Below, one piece after another: positions 24,760 through 39,500 of a stretch of DNA of 64,000 bases; the stretch's first letter is position 1, and each line of letters starts with the position of its first letter. The notes beneath the pieces are model-generated. The model had not been told where the DNA came from. It ran no database searches and saw only the letters and a program-made list of their open reading frames with translations. The DNA is from the human T2T-CHM13v2.0 reference genome, Homo sapiens. The stretch lies in the NCBI RefSeq assembly GCF_009914755.1, contig NC_060936.1; one strand, written 5' to 3'. The position numbers and the translations under genes were made by a program.

Positions 24760-26280
24760 AACATAGACAGATGAGATCTCTCTTCTTTCATTTCTTTACT
24801 CAGCCCACTGCTTTCTAAGTTCTGCCCCCACCCATCACCACCACCAACTCTGAAACTGTGACTGCCAAAGGTCACCAAGGACCACAGATTGGCAAATCAG
24901 TGGACTCATTTCTGGTCTAAGAACTTGCCATCTTTCAGCATCTGACATCGTTGACTATACACTCTTCCTTTGGCTTCTCTGATGCCACTCTCTTGGTTCC
25001 CCTAAACCCCTGGCTAGCCCTTTCCAGTCCCCTCTTATCTTCCTGACTCTCCATGTTACTGTGACTGAAGATCCAGTCCTTACCCCTCTTTGCTCACTCT
25101 CCGACACTACTTAGTGATCTTAACTGCTCCCATAACTTCAACTGCCACCTGCAGAAGAAGCCCCAGATCTTTCAGTCTAGTCTGGACCCATCCCTGAGCA
25201 CCAAACCTATTCTCCCCAACTGTGCTTGGATCTTCTCACTTCTCCTGATCTTGCTTCTCCTCTTCTGCCTGCTTTTATACAGTGCTTTTATATTGCCAAA
25301 TAACACCACTATCCATCCAGTGGCCTAAGCCAGAACTTCAGGACTTCTTCAATTCTCCCTATCCCTTAGCTGCTATACTGAATCAGTGACAAAAATTTGG
25401 CCTCCTTTGCTTATTTTCTATTCACTTCTTCTTCCCAATAGCTCACCTCACACTATAGTTTATCTAAGAGCAGGAAGAACCCCTGGTTCTTGTCCCTGGG
25501 GGTGTAGAAAGATTATCTGTTAGGCTGCCTGCCTCAAAGCACATCATCCAATGATTCTTCTGAAAAAGTTCAACTTTCTATATGCTACTATAAAAAAAAA
25601 CTTTAATAAAAAACTATTTTTAAAGAATGTGAGGCTAATGCTGATAGGAAGTGAAAATAACTTCTTTTCCTTGATGTTAAGGCATCTTGTAGGAATGAAC
25701 CAATATTAAGAACTTTTTCTCAATAACAAAAGAAGAATGACTATTATTTATTCTTCCAACAAATATTCATTGACTTTTCATTTTGTGCTAGGTGTTCTTA
25801 TAAGTGCAGGCTGGCCAGGCTGAGGTGGGGTGGGTAATGGATGATAAGCAACTAAAGAAATGAGAACAGAAGCAGAGTATAACAGAGAGTGACTTGGATG
25901 CAGCATTGGATTGAATCATCAGGCAAGGTCTTGCTGAAAGGATGCCATGTAAACTGAGACCTGAATGATTAAAAAAAGAGAGAGAGACAGCCATGGGAAG
26001 GTCAGGAGGAAGAACATTCCATACCAGGAGAGCTGTTTGTGGTAAGGCCCTAAGTCAGCTGTTTTAAAGGGATAAATGTTAAAGACCTGCATTAAGTTTC
26101 TAAAAAAAATCAATTACATATATTTAGGATAGAAAGACCTCAGTTTGCCTAGGTTTAAAAAAAAAAAAAAACTCAGAAGATCTTAGTTGACCACAAGCTA
26201 AAAATAAGTTCTGCCCGTTGAAAAAATGAAAAATAGTCATGCACGGTTAGTGCAGAGTGAGCAAGGGCTGCCATTGGGTC
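24760..26280. mobile_element. L2 fragments (24760-25460 and 25750-26280)
   Basis: gccaaaggtcaccaaggacc...; ggaagaacattccataccagg...aggccct; approximate. Confidence 0.6.
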
Positions 26281-28218
26281 ACATACATCCTATCTATTAT
26301 CAATAAATTTCAAAATAATCCTACAAGAAACATTTCATTATTCCCACTTAGAAGCTAAGAAAATGAAAGTTAAGAGAGATTAGCTTCATATGACGAGGAA
26401 TAAAAACCACATTTTTCTTTAGGTTTAGTTTATTCATCTATTTCTAGTTCCTTGCAGTGTAACATTAGGCTGTTTATTTGGGATCTTTCTTCTTTTTTAA
26501 TGTAGATGTTTATTGCTTTAAACTTCCCTCTTGGAACTGTTTTTGCTGCATCCCATAAGTTTTGGTATGTTGTGCTTCCATTTTTATTTGTCTCCAGATT
26601 TTTAAAAAATGTCTCTTTTAATTTATTTGTTGATCCATTGGTTATTTAGAAACATGTTGTTTAATTTCCACATATTTGTAAATTTTCCAAAATTCCTCCT
26701 ATTATTGATTTTTAGTTTCATACCATTGTTGTTGGAAAAGATACTTGATAAGATTTCAATCTTCTTAAATTCGTTAAGACTTGTTCTGTGGTCTAACATA
26801 TGATCTATCCTGGGGAATGTTGAAGCAAATGTGTATTCTGCTGCTGTTGGATAAAATGTCATGTATATGTCTGTTAGTTCCATTTGGTATATCCAATGTT
26901 TCCTTATAGATATTCTGTCAAGATAATCTGTTCATTGTTGAAATCCCCTACTATTATTGTCTTGCAGTCAATCTCTTTCTTCAGGTCTATTAATATTGGC
27001 TTTATATATCTAGGAGCTCTGACATTAGGCACAAATATATTTACAATTATTATATCTTCTTGATGAATTAATCCCTTTATCATTAGATAATGAAGTTCTT
27101 TGTCACATTTCACAGTTTTTGACTTAAAGTCTATTTTTTTTTTGACATAACCATAGCTCTCCCTGCTCTTTTTTGGTTTCCATTTGCCTGGAATATTTTT
27201 GTTCATCCTTTCATTTTCAACATATGTTTGTCCTTTAAGGTGAAGTGAGTCTCTTGAAGGCAGCATATTATTATTTTTTCACCCATTCAGCCATTCTGTG
27301 TGTGTCTTTGGTTAGAGAATTTAATCCATTTATATTCAAGGTAATTATTGATAGGTAAGGACTTACTCCTGTCATTTTGTTAATTGTTTTCTGATTGCTT
27401 TGTAGATTCTTTGTTTCTTTCTTTCTCACTGGCTGTCTTCCTTTCTGATTAGATAATTCTTTCTAGTATGCTTTCATTCCTTAAAGTTTTATCTTTTGTT
27501 TATCTACTATACATTTTTGCTTTGTGGTTACCCTGAGGCTAACATAAAATATCTTATAGTTATAAAAGGTTATTTTAAGCTAACAACTTAACTTTGACCA
27601 CATTAAAAAACTTAACACTATTACTCCACCATGCCCCACATGTTTTGTTTTTTATGTCACAATTTACATCTTTTTTTATTGCGTATCCCTTAACAAAGTA
27701 TTGTAGCTATTATTATTTTTAGTAGTTTCATCTCATCTTCATAGTATGAATATAAGTGATCTATCACTTATATTCATAGTATGAATATAAGTGATCTAAT
27801 CTCAACCACCATTAGATTATTGAGTATTCTGAATTTCACTGCATCTTTATTTTACCAGTGAGTTTTATACTTTGATAAATTTTCATGTTAATAATTAATA
27901 TTCTTCTATTTCAGCTTGAAGAACTCCCTGTAGCATTTCTTATAAGACAGGCCTGGTGGTGATCAAATTCCTCAGCTGACGTTAAGTCTGGGAAAGTCTT
28001 TCTTTCTCCTTCATTTCTAAAGGACAGCTTTACCAGGCAATATATTCTTAATTGACAGGTTTTTTTTTCCCCCCTGCAGCACATTGAATACATCATCCAA
28101 CTTTCTCCTGGCCTGTAAGGTTCTGCTGAGAAATCTGCTTCTAGCCTTATTGAAACTTCCTTATATGTTATTTTCTTCATTTCTCTAGCTGCTTTCAGGA
28201 TCCTCTCTTTGTCTTTGA

Positions 28219-28643
<425 letters not shown>

Positions 28644-31479
28644 TGACAGTTTGATTACCTGTCTTGGGGTAGTCTAGTTTAGATTGAATCTGATCAGAAA
28701 ACTTTGACTTTCCTGTAGTTGGATATTTATCTCTTTCCCTTGATTTGGACATTTTCTGCTAGTATTCTTTAAATAAGTTTTCTGCTTTTTTGTCTTTCTA
28801 TTCTCCTTCTTGAACTTCTGCAACTTGAATATTTGCCATTTTGATGCTTTCCCATAAATCTCATATGCTTTCTTCTTTCCTTGTTATTCTGTATTCTTTT
28901 TCTCCTCTGATGGTATATTTTCAAATAACCTGTCTTCAACTTCACAATTTTTCTTCTGCTTAAGACTTTTTTTAAATTTTTTCATCTTAATTTGTGAGGG
29001 TATATAGTAGGTGTATATATTTATGTGGTACATGAGATGTTTTGGTATAGGCATGCAATGCACAATAATCATTTCATGGAAAATGAGGCGTCCATCCTTT
29101 CAGGCATTTATCCTCGTATTACAATCTAATTATACTTTTTAGTTACTTTTAAACGTACAATTACATTATTTCTCACTATAGTCACGCTGCTGTGCTATCA
29201 CATATTCTTTCTATTTTTTGTACCCATTAACCATCCCCACTCCCCTATCCCAAATCCCCTACTACCCTTCCCAGCCTCTGGCAACTATCCTCCTACTTTC
29301 TATCTCCATGGGTTCAATTGTTTTGATTTTTAGATTCCACAAATAAGTGAGCACATCCAATGTTTATCTTTCTGTGCCTGACTTATTTCACTTAGCATAA
29401 TGACCTCCATTTCCACCCATGTCATTTGCAAATGACAGGATCTCATACCTTTTATGGCTGAATAGTACTCCATTGTGTATAAGTACCACATTTTTTTTAT
29501 CCATTCATCTGTTGATGGACACTTAGGTTGCTTCCAAGTCTTAGATTCTGAACAGTGCTGCAACAAACATAGAAGTGCAGATATGTCTTTGATATACTGA
29601 TTTCCTTTATTTGGGGTATATACCTAGCAGTGGGATGGCTGGATCATATGGTAGGTAGCTTGATTTTTAGTTTTCTGAGGAATCTCCAAACTGTTCTCCA
29701 AGGTAGTTGTGCTAATTTACATTCCCACCAACAGTGTACAGGGTTCCCTTTTCTCCACATCCTCGCCAGCGTTGTTATTGCCTGTCTTTTGGATATAAGC
29801 CATTTTAACTGGAGTGAGATGATATCTTATTGTAGTTTTGATTTGCATTTCTCTGATGATCAGTGATGTTGAGCACCTTTTCATGTGCCTGTTTGCCATT
29901 TGTATAGCTATTCGAATCTTTTGCCCCTTTTTTAATCAGATAATTAGATTTTTTCCTATAGATTTGTTTGAGTTCCTTATGTATTCTGGTTATTAATCCC
30001 TTGTCAGATGGGTAGTTTGCAAATAGTTACTCCCATTCTGTGGGTTGTCTCTTCACTTTGTTGATTGTTTCCTTTGCTGTGCAGAAGCTTTTTAACTTGT
30101 TGTGATTCTGTTTGTTCATTTTTACTTTCATTGCCTGTGCTTATTAGATATTATTCAAGAAATTTTTGTCCAGAACAATGTCCTGGAGTTTCCCCAATGT
30201 TTTCTTGTAGTTGTTTCATAATTTCAGGTCTTATATTTAAGTCTTTAATCCATTTTGATTTGATTTTTGCATACAGTGACAACTAGGAGTCTAGTTTTAT
30301 TCTTGTGCATATGGTTATCCAGTTTTCCCAGCACCACTTATTGAAGACACTGTCTTTTCTCCAGTGTATGTTCCTGGCACCATTATCAAAAATTAGTTTA
30401 TGGTAGGTGGTGGATTTCTTTCTGGGTTATCTATTCTATTCCATTGGCCTATGTGTCTGCTTTTATGCCAGTACTGCTGTTCTGATCACTAAACTTCTAT
30501 AGTATAATTTGAAATCAGGCAACATGATTCCTCTAGTTTGTTCTTTTGGATTAAGAAAGTTTTGGCTCTTGTGGTTCCATATCAATTTTAGGATTTTTTT
30601 TTCTATTTTTGTGAAGAATGTCTTTGGTATTTTGATAGGGATTGCACTGAGTCTGTGGATTGCTTTGGATAGTATGGACATTTTAATAATATCAATTCTT
30701 CCAATCCATGAACATGGAATATCTTTCCATTTTTTGGTGGCCTCTTCCATTTCTTCCATCAGTGTTTTATAGTTTTCATTATAGAGATCCTTCACTTCTT
30801 TGGTCAAGTTAATTTCTAGATATTTAATTTTATTTATGGCTATTGTAAATGGTATTACTTTTTTATTTCTTTTTTAGATTGTTCACTCTTGATATATAGA
30901 AATGCTGCTGATTTTTATATTTTGGTTTTGTATCCTGTAACTTTACTGAGTTTGTTTATCAGTTCTAACAGCTTTTCTGTGATGTCCTTAGGTTTTTCAA
31001 ATAGAAGATCATACTATCTGCAAACAAGGATAATTTGACTTCTTTGTTACCAATTTGGATGCCCTTTATTTATTTTTCTTGTCTAAGTTCTCTAGCTAGA
31101 ATTTCTAGTACTATGTTAAATAACAGGGATGGTGGTGGGCATCCTTGTCATGTTCCAGATCTTAGAGGAAAGGCTTTCAGTATTTCCCATTCAGTATACT
31201 AGCTATGAGTCTGTCACATATGACTTTTATTATGTTGTGGTATGTTCCTTCTATTGCCAGTTTTTTGAGGGTTTTTATCATAAAGCAATGTGAAATTTAT
31301 CAAATGCTATTTCAGCATCAATTGAAATGATTACATAGGTTTTGTCCTTTATTCTGTTTATATGATACCTCACACTGATTGATTTGTGTATGTATATTGA
31401 ACCATCCTTGCATCTTAGGGATAAATCTCATTTTGTCATGAATCATCTTTTTAACATATTGCTAATTTCAGTTTGCTAG

Positions 31480-31768
<289 letters not shown>

Positions 31769-33264
31769 AGTTTGCTGGTATTTTGTTGAGGATTTTTGGA
31801 TCAATATTCATTGGAGATATTGGCCTATGGTTTTCTTTTTTTTGATGTTTCTTCGTCTGGTTTTGGTATCAGGATAATACTGGCCTGGTAGAATGACTTT
31901 GGAAGTATTCCCTCCTCCTCTACTTTTTGGAATATTTTGAATAGGATTGTTATTAGTTCTTCTTTAAATGCTTGATACAAATCAGCAGTGAAGACATCAG
32001 GTCATGGCTTTTCTTTAGTGGGAGACTTTTTATTACAGCTTTGATCTCATCACTCATTCAGGTTTTGGATTTCTTCATGGTTCAATCATGGTAGGTTGCA
32101 TGTGTCTAAGAATTTGTTCATTTTTTCGAGATTTTCCAATTTATTGGCATATAATTGCTCATAGTAGCCACTGGTGATCCTTTGAATTTCTGCGGCATCA
32201 TTTGTAATGTCTTTTTTTAATCTCTGATTTTATTTCTTTGGATCTTTTCTCTTTTTTTCTAAGTTAGCCTGGCTAAAGATTTGTCAATTTTGTTTAACTT
32301 TTCAAAAAACTTTTAAAACAGTTTCAATGAAATTCTTTGTTTCATTGATCTTCTGTATTGCTTTCTTCATTTCAATTTCATTTATTTCTGCTCTGATCTT
32401 ATTGTTTCTTTTCTTTTACTAATTTTGGGTATAATTTGTTCTGGCTTTTCTCATTCTTTAAGATGCATAGTTAGGCTATTTATCTGAAGCTTTTCTTCTT
32501 TGTTGATACAGACACTTATAGCTATAAACTTCCCTCTTAGTACTGCTTTTACTGTGTCCAATGGGTTTTGGTATGTTGTATTTTCATTATCATTTGTATC
32601 AAGAAATGTTTCAATTTCCTTCTTAATTTCTTCACTGGTCATTCAGGAGCATATTGCTTAATTCCATGTATTTGTATAGTTTTCAAAATCCCTCTGTTAT
32701 TGACTTCTAGTTTCATTCTATTATGGTCAGAGAAGATACTTAATACTATTGCAATTTTTTGAATGTTTTAAGACTTGCTTTGTGACCTAACATATGGTCT
32801 ATTCTTGAGAATGATCCATGTGCTGAGGAAAAGAATGTTTATTCTGCAGTCGTTGGATGAGATGTTCTGTAAATGTCTTTTAGACCCATTTGGTCTATAG
32901 TGCAGGTTAAGTCCAACATTTCTTTGTTGATTTTCTGTCTAGAAGATGTGTATAATGCTGAAAGTGGGGCATTGAAGTCTCCAGCTATTATTGTATTGGG
33001 GCCTATCACACTCTTTAGCTCTAATAATATTTGCTTTATATATCCAGGTGCTCAGTGTTGGATGTGTATATATTTAAATTGTTATATCCTCTTGCTGAAT
33101 TGATTCCTTTATCATTATATAGTGACCTTCTTTGTCTCTTCTCATGGTTTTTGCCTTGAAATTTATTTTGTCTGATGTAACTATAGCTACTCCTGCTCTT
33201 TTTTGGTTTCCATTGGCACAGAGAATCTTTTCCCATCTTTTTATTTTCAGTCTGTATGTGTCTG

Positions 33265-33591
33265 TTTTTTTGTTTGTTTGTTTGTTGTGTTTTTGTTTTT
33301 GTTGTTTTTGAGACAGAGTTTCGCTCTTGTTGCCCAGGCTGGAGTGCAATGGTGTGATCTCGCCTCACCACAACCTCCGCCTCCTGGGTTCAAGTGATTC
33401 TCCTGCCTTAGCCTCCTGAGTAGCTGGGATTACAGGCTTGTGCCACCACACCCAGCTAATTTTGTATTTTTAATACAGACGGGGTTTCTCCATATTGGTC
33501 AGGCTGGTCTCGAACTCCCAACCTCAGGTGATCTGCCTGCCTCAGTCTCCCAAAGTGCTGAGATTACAGGCATGTGCCACCATGCCCCGCC
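33265..33591 (-). mobile_element. AluSp/Sq-like inside L1MA ORF2
   Basis: gagtttcgctcttgttgcccagg diagnostic; TSD ct(g/a)tatgtgt. Confidence 0.92.
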
Positions 33592-36500
33592 TATATGTGT
33601 TTTTAGAGGTGAAATGTGTTTCTTGTAGGCAACAGAACACTGAGTCTTGTTTTGTTTTGTTTTTAATCTATTCAGCCACTCTGTGTTCTTTGATTGGAGA
33701 GTTTAGCCCATTTACATTTAATGTTATTATTGATAAGTAAGGACTTATTCTGCCATCTTGCTATTTGTTTTCTGGGTGTTTTGTGGTCTTCTCTTCCTTC
33801 TTTCTTTTCTTCCTGTCTTCCTTTTAGTGAAGATGATTTTCTTTGATGAATTTATTTCATTTCCTGTTTTTTATTTTTTCTGTATCTTTTGTATATTTTT
33901 TGGTTTGAAGTTACCATGAAACTTGCAAATAGTTTCTTACAACCCATCATTTTAACCTGGTAACAACTTAGCACTGTTTGCATAAACAAGCAAAAAGAAA
34001 ACTAATGAAGACTCTATGCCCTAACTTTATTCCTCTGCTTTTTAACTTTTTCTTGTCTCTGGTTATATCTTATTGGACTCTCTATGTCTTGAAAAGTTAT
34101 TATAGTTATTGTTTTTTATTGGTCCATTGCTCAGTCTTTCTACTTAAGATAAGAGTAGTTTACATATCACAGTTATGGTGTTATAATGTTCTGTGTTTTG
34201 AGGTACTTACTATTACCAGTGAGTTTTGTACCTTCAGATGATTTTATTTTGCTCACTAATGTCCTTTTCTTTGTGACTGAAGTGCTCCCTTTAGCATTTC
34301 TTGTAGGACAGGTCTGGTGTTGTTGAAATCTCTCAGCTTTTGTTAGTCTAAGAAAGTCTTTGTTTCTCCTTTACATTTGAAGGGTATTTTCACCAGATAC
34401 GCTATTCCAGGGTAAAAGGTTTTTTCTTCAGCACTTTAAATATGTCATGCCACCCTTTCCTGACCTATAAGGTTTCCACTGAAAAGTGTGTTGCCAGATG
34501 TAGTGGAGCTCCATTGTATGTTATTTGTTTCTTTTCTCTTGCTTTTCTTTTAGAATCCTTTCTCTATTCTTTACCTTTAGGAGTTTAATTACTAAATGCT
34601 TCAAGGTGGTCTTCTTTGGGTTAAATCTGCTTAGTGTTTGAGAATATTCTTGTACTTGGATATCAATATCTTTCTCTGGGTTTGAGAAGTTCTCTGTTAT
34701 TATCCCTTTGAATAAGCTTTCTACCCCTACCTCTTTCTCTACTTCCTCTTTAAAGCCAATAACTCTTGATTTGCCTTTTTGAGGCTATTTTCCCAGTTTT
34801 ATAGGTGTGCTTCACTGTTTTTTTTCTTTCCTTTGACTGTGTATTTTCAAATAGCCTGTCTTCAAGCTCACTAATTCTTTCTTCTGCTTGATAAATTCTA
34901 ATATTAAAGGACTCTAAAGCATTCTTCAGTAGGCCAGTTGTGTTTTTCAGCTCTAGAATTTCTGCTGGATTCTTTTTAATTATTTCAGTCTCTTTGTTAA
35001 ATTTACCTGAAAGAATTGTGAATTCCTTCTCTGTGTTATCTTGAATTTCTTTGAGTTTTCTCAACACAGCTATTTTGAATTCTCTGTCTGAAAGGTCACA
35101 TAGCTGTTTCTCCAGGATTGGTCTCTGGTGCCTTATTTAGTTCATTTGATGAGGTTATGTTTTCCTGGATGGTGTTGATGCCTGTTGACATTCTTTGGTG
35201 TCTGGGCATTGAAGAGTTAGGTATTTATTGTGGTTGTCTCAGTCTGGGATTATTTGTACCTGACCTTATTGGGAAGGCTTTCCAGATATTCAGAAGGACT
35301 TGGGTGTTGTGATCTAAACTGTATCCACTTTAGGGGGCACCCCAAGACCAGTAACATTGTGCATCTTGCAGACTCATATAGGCACCACCTTGGTAGTCTT
35401 GGACAAGATTCAGAATAATTATCTGGATCACCATGCAGAGATTCTTGTTCTCTTCCTTTACTTTCTCCCAAATGAATGAAGTCTCTCTGTTCTGAGCCGC
35501 CTCGTACTGGGGATGGTGCGACACAAACACCCTTATGGCTGCCACAACTGGAACTGCACTGGGTCAGACCTGAAGCCAGCACAGCACTGGGTCTCACCCA
35601 AGGCCTGCTGTAACCACTCCCTGGCTACAGCCTATACTTGCTCAAGTCCCTGGGGCTCTACAATTAGCAGGTAGCAAAGCCAGCTAGGCCTGTGTCCTTC
35701 CCTTCAGGGTGGCAAGCTCCCCAGTCCCTGGGCATGTCCAGACGTGCTGTCCAGGAACCAGGAGCTAGAGTAAAAACCTGAGACGTCTACCTGGTATTCT
35801 CTTGCACTGTGGCTGAGATGGCTCTTAAATCATAAGATGTAGTCCTTCCCACTCTTCCCTCCTCTTTCTAAAGCCAGAGAAGCCTCACCTCATGACCACC
35901 ACCACAGACCCAAGGGAATACTGCCAGGCTATCACTGATGTTCCTTTCTGGCCCAAGGTTTCTCTGGTCAGCTTGTGGTAAATGCTGCTTGGCCTGGGAC
36001 TTATCCTTCAGGGAAGTGGGCTCCCCACTGGCTCAGGGCAGGTCAAGAAATGCAGTCCAAGAGCCAAGTCTTGGAATGGGGGACCTAAAGGGTCTGCTTG
36101 GTGCTCTAACCCCTGTGGCTGAGCTGATACCTAAGGTGTGAAACAAAATCCCCTTTGTTTTCCCTCCACTTTTCTCAAGTGGAAGGAGTCTTGCCCCATA
36201 GCCATTGTATCTGGGAATGTGCTGAGTCTTGCCTGAGGCCAACAAGTCTCAGAGGTTCACCTAAGGCCTTTGATATAGTACCTGGATATCTCTGCTGGTT
36301 ATTCAGAGCCCAAGGGCTCTTCAGTTAGCAGATGGTAAATCCTGCCAGGGCTGGGTTCTTCTTTTCAAGGCTGCAGATTCTCTTCTGGCCTGGGGTGTAT
36401 CCAGAAATGCCATCTTGGAGCTAGGGCCTAGAAAGGGAGCCTCATGACTCAGACTGGTGCCCTATTCTGCTGTGGCTGAGCTGGTATCCAAGATGAAAGC

Positions 36501-39500
36501 AAAAGTCCTCCCCACTCTTCCCTCTCCTCTCCTCAAGTGAAGGGAAAAGGTCACTTTTGATGCCATGAGCTGTGCAGCCTGGTGTTAGGGGAGAGGTGAA
36601 GCTAACATTCCCTTAGCTACCCTGGCTGGTGTCTCAGTAGGTTGTGTGCCCGCCACCCAGCCACCGTCTCTGGACCCAATTTGGCACTAGAACTTGTCTA
36701 GGAGTTGCAGTCCTTGTGGCCTAGACTGCCTTTCAAGCTTATTTAGAGCCCCAGAGCACTTTAGCCCATTAGCGAGGATTGCAGAAGCTCAAGTTTAGAC
36801 CACTGGGATCTGTGATTTCCCTCTGGCTAGAGCTGCTTTGAATGCTCCCTCTGTGGGTGGGTGTCAGCTGAATTTGGTCCAGTTTTGTTTTCTGTTATAA
36901 TAGGGCAGCACTGTGTTCAATGCCTGATAAATGCTGTGATCTTCCTCTCTCCAGTGCACTGAAAGCCTCTCTGCACCATGCCACCCCTGCTTGGGGATTG
37001 GGCAGGAGTGGCATTGGTGATTCAAGACTGCTTTTCCTACCATCTCAATGCCTCTTTCAGTGATATAAAGTTAAAACCAGGTATTGTGAGTACTCACCTA
37101 AGTTTTGGTGTTTATGAAAGTGATTTTTTATATAGATAGTTGTTAAATTGGTGTCCTTGCAGAGGGGACAATCTGTGGAGGTTTCTATTCCACCATCTTG
37201 CTCTCCTTGATTAATTCTGTTGTTGACACTCTTTGCTGCATTTTTAAATTTCATTCACTATAATTTTCAGCTCCAGAATTTGTTTGATTTTTTTTCTTGT
37301 AGTTTCAATCTCTCTCTTACATTTATAATTTTGGTCATTTATTCTTTTCCTAATTTCATTGAATTATTTTTCTCTTTTTTCTTGAAGTTCACTCAACTTC
37401 CTTTATTCAGTCATTCTGAATTCTTTGTAATGCAGTTTGCATATTTTAATTTCTTTGGGGTCAGCTACAGGAAGGTTATTGTGTTCTTTTGGTAGTGTTA
37501 TGTTTTCTTGGTTTTTTATGTTTTTTGTCTCATAGTGATGTCTACACATTTGGTCAAGTGGACACCTCTTTCAGACTTTACATGATAGTTTTGCTGCAGG
37601 TAGACCGTCTCCAATGGTAGGGGGATGGTCTGAGGGCACTTGCTGGGTGGAGCACAGTAATTCTGGCACAAGTGAAGGGGAAGCTGTGTAGTCTCTGTGC
37701 AGCTTTGTCAGCTGAGGTTGGTGTTGACAAAAATTGCAGGAATCCTCAGCAGCCAATGCTCTGGATGTCTGCAGTGGGGTCCTCAGTGGCAATGGCCGCT
37801 AAGAACCTCCTGGTCTTTTTCTCCCACTGGGGATGTTGTGGCTGAGGCATCCCTCTTGGCTCTGGGTCTGGCTTGTGTACCCTCTCACAGTGGTCATGCT
37901 ACCAATGACTGATAAGTGGATCATCCATGGAGCTGAGGCCTGAAGCACAGGCACATATGGAAGAATAACAGCTCCAGGATCCACAGAAGTAAAGGCATTG
38001 GTGCTTGGAGCACAGGCATCTCACTGCTGTGGTGGTAATACTATGTAAAGTACATAGCTTGTAAAGCAGCTGGGAGGCTGAGAATGGGAGGACAGGTGTG
38101 TGCAGAGTTAAAGTGGCTCCAGTATAGAGCCTAGCTCTCTACAGTGGCTGAGCCAGCACCAAGAGCATGGGCATAGGTAGGAAGAACTTTGCTCCAGGGC
38201 CCAAAGTGAAAATTAATTCACTGTGGTGATGCCTCCAGTATCGGATATGTGGGCAGGCACAAAGCAGTCACAGAGCTTGGGTGTGGAGTGAAGGCAATCT
38301 CAGGGGAGCCACAGCTTGGGGGTCAGGGCCCACACAAAGTTGAAAGATGTGGCTGCTCCTTTTCCAAAGCAGCTTCATGGCAACTGCTTCTTGATGGGTG
38401 AAGGAGAGGGTATAAAGCCATGTCTCCTTCTCCAGAGCTAACCAGGAGAAATGGCTGTTGGTTGCCTCAGTAGCAAGAGATATTGGTGTCCTGTGCAGAG
38501 CAGGCTGCTGTGACCATGGTGGCTTCTGCAGAGTGGCTGATACAGATAGCTTCTGCCTTTTTCTTTGTTATTGGCTGTCTTCCAGAGTCACATGTAGGCC
38601 AGTATCACCAGCAATGCTTCCTATGTGGATGGATATGCTCCATATTTTTTGCTCTACCACATTGCTACAGATTCTTTGATGAGCACTTGAGGTCTGTATT
38701 TTGGTTTGTAGATAGCTGTCTATATTTGTTTTTTTGTGTGGGGGAATGAAGGCTTATATCTCCCACTCTGCTATCTTGGTGATGTCACCCTAGTTTACTT
38801 TCTTACAAGCCTAAATCTGGTTGTGGAATGATAGTGGCACTTATTGAATTTAATTAAACTGAATCTGCAGAAGTTCCCTAATGGTTACCTCTTTGTAGTA
38901 AGACTGCCTGGGCTATAGGCATTTTCTGATTTTTTCCCCTAAATGAATCCTGTCATTAAGGTTTTTTTTTAATCCTAAAATGAATCATCCTAGAGTGTCC
39001 ACTCCCCTGCTCCCACTTGAATACACAAATGGATACTTGTTTGTTGAGTTTCTTTCCTACAGATTATGTGGTACACAAAATGCATGGTACACGAAATGCA
39101 TGAGGAATTGTTCCTGTCCTAAAAACTGATCATCCGTTTGACAGACAGAATATACACATGAAACAGTTAGAGAATAGCTTAAGACAGCATGAAATAAAAT
39201 GCATTACACACCATGCATCTCATGTAAAATGCTGCCAGTAGAGAACGCCCAGCTTTTTCTCACATATGCAGACTGATCAGTAATCCCCTGCAACTTACAG
39301 GATGCCCAAAAGTCCCTCCAACACTGCCACAGAACCTGAAGCCTCCGCCTGGAAACTTGATTATTTCAGAATCAAGTCATTGACATTTCAGGAATATTTA
39401 TTGAAAATGTCAACATCCCTAGGATAAGTCACTCAAAGATCTGTATCCAGTCTTGGTCCTTAGGTAAAATTAGCCTATCAAATTTCTTCCAGCTGGGTCA

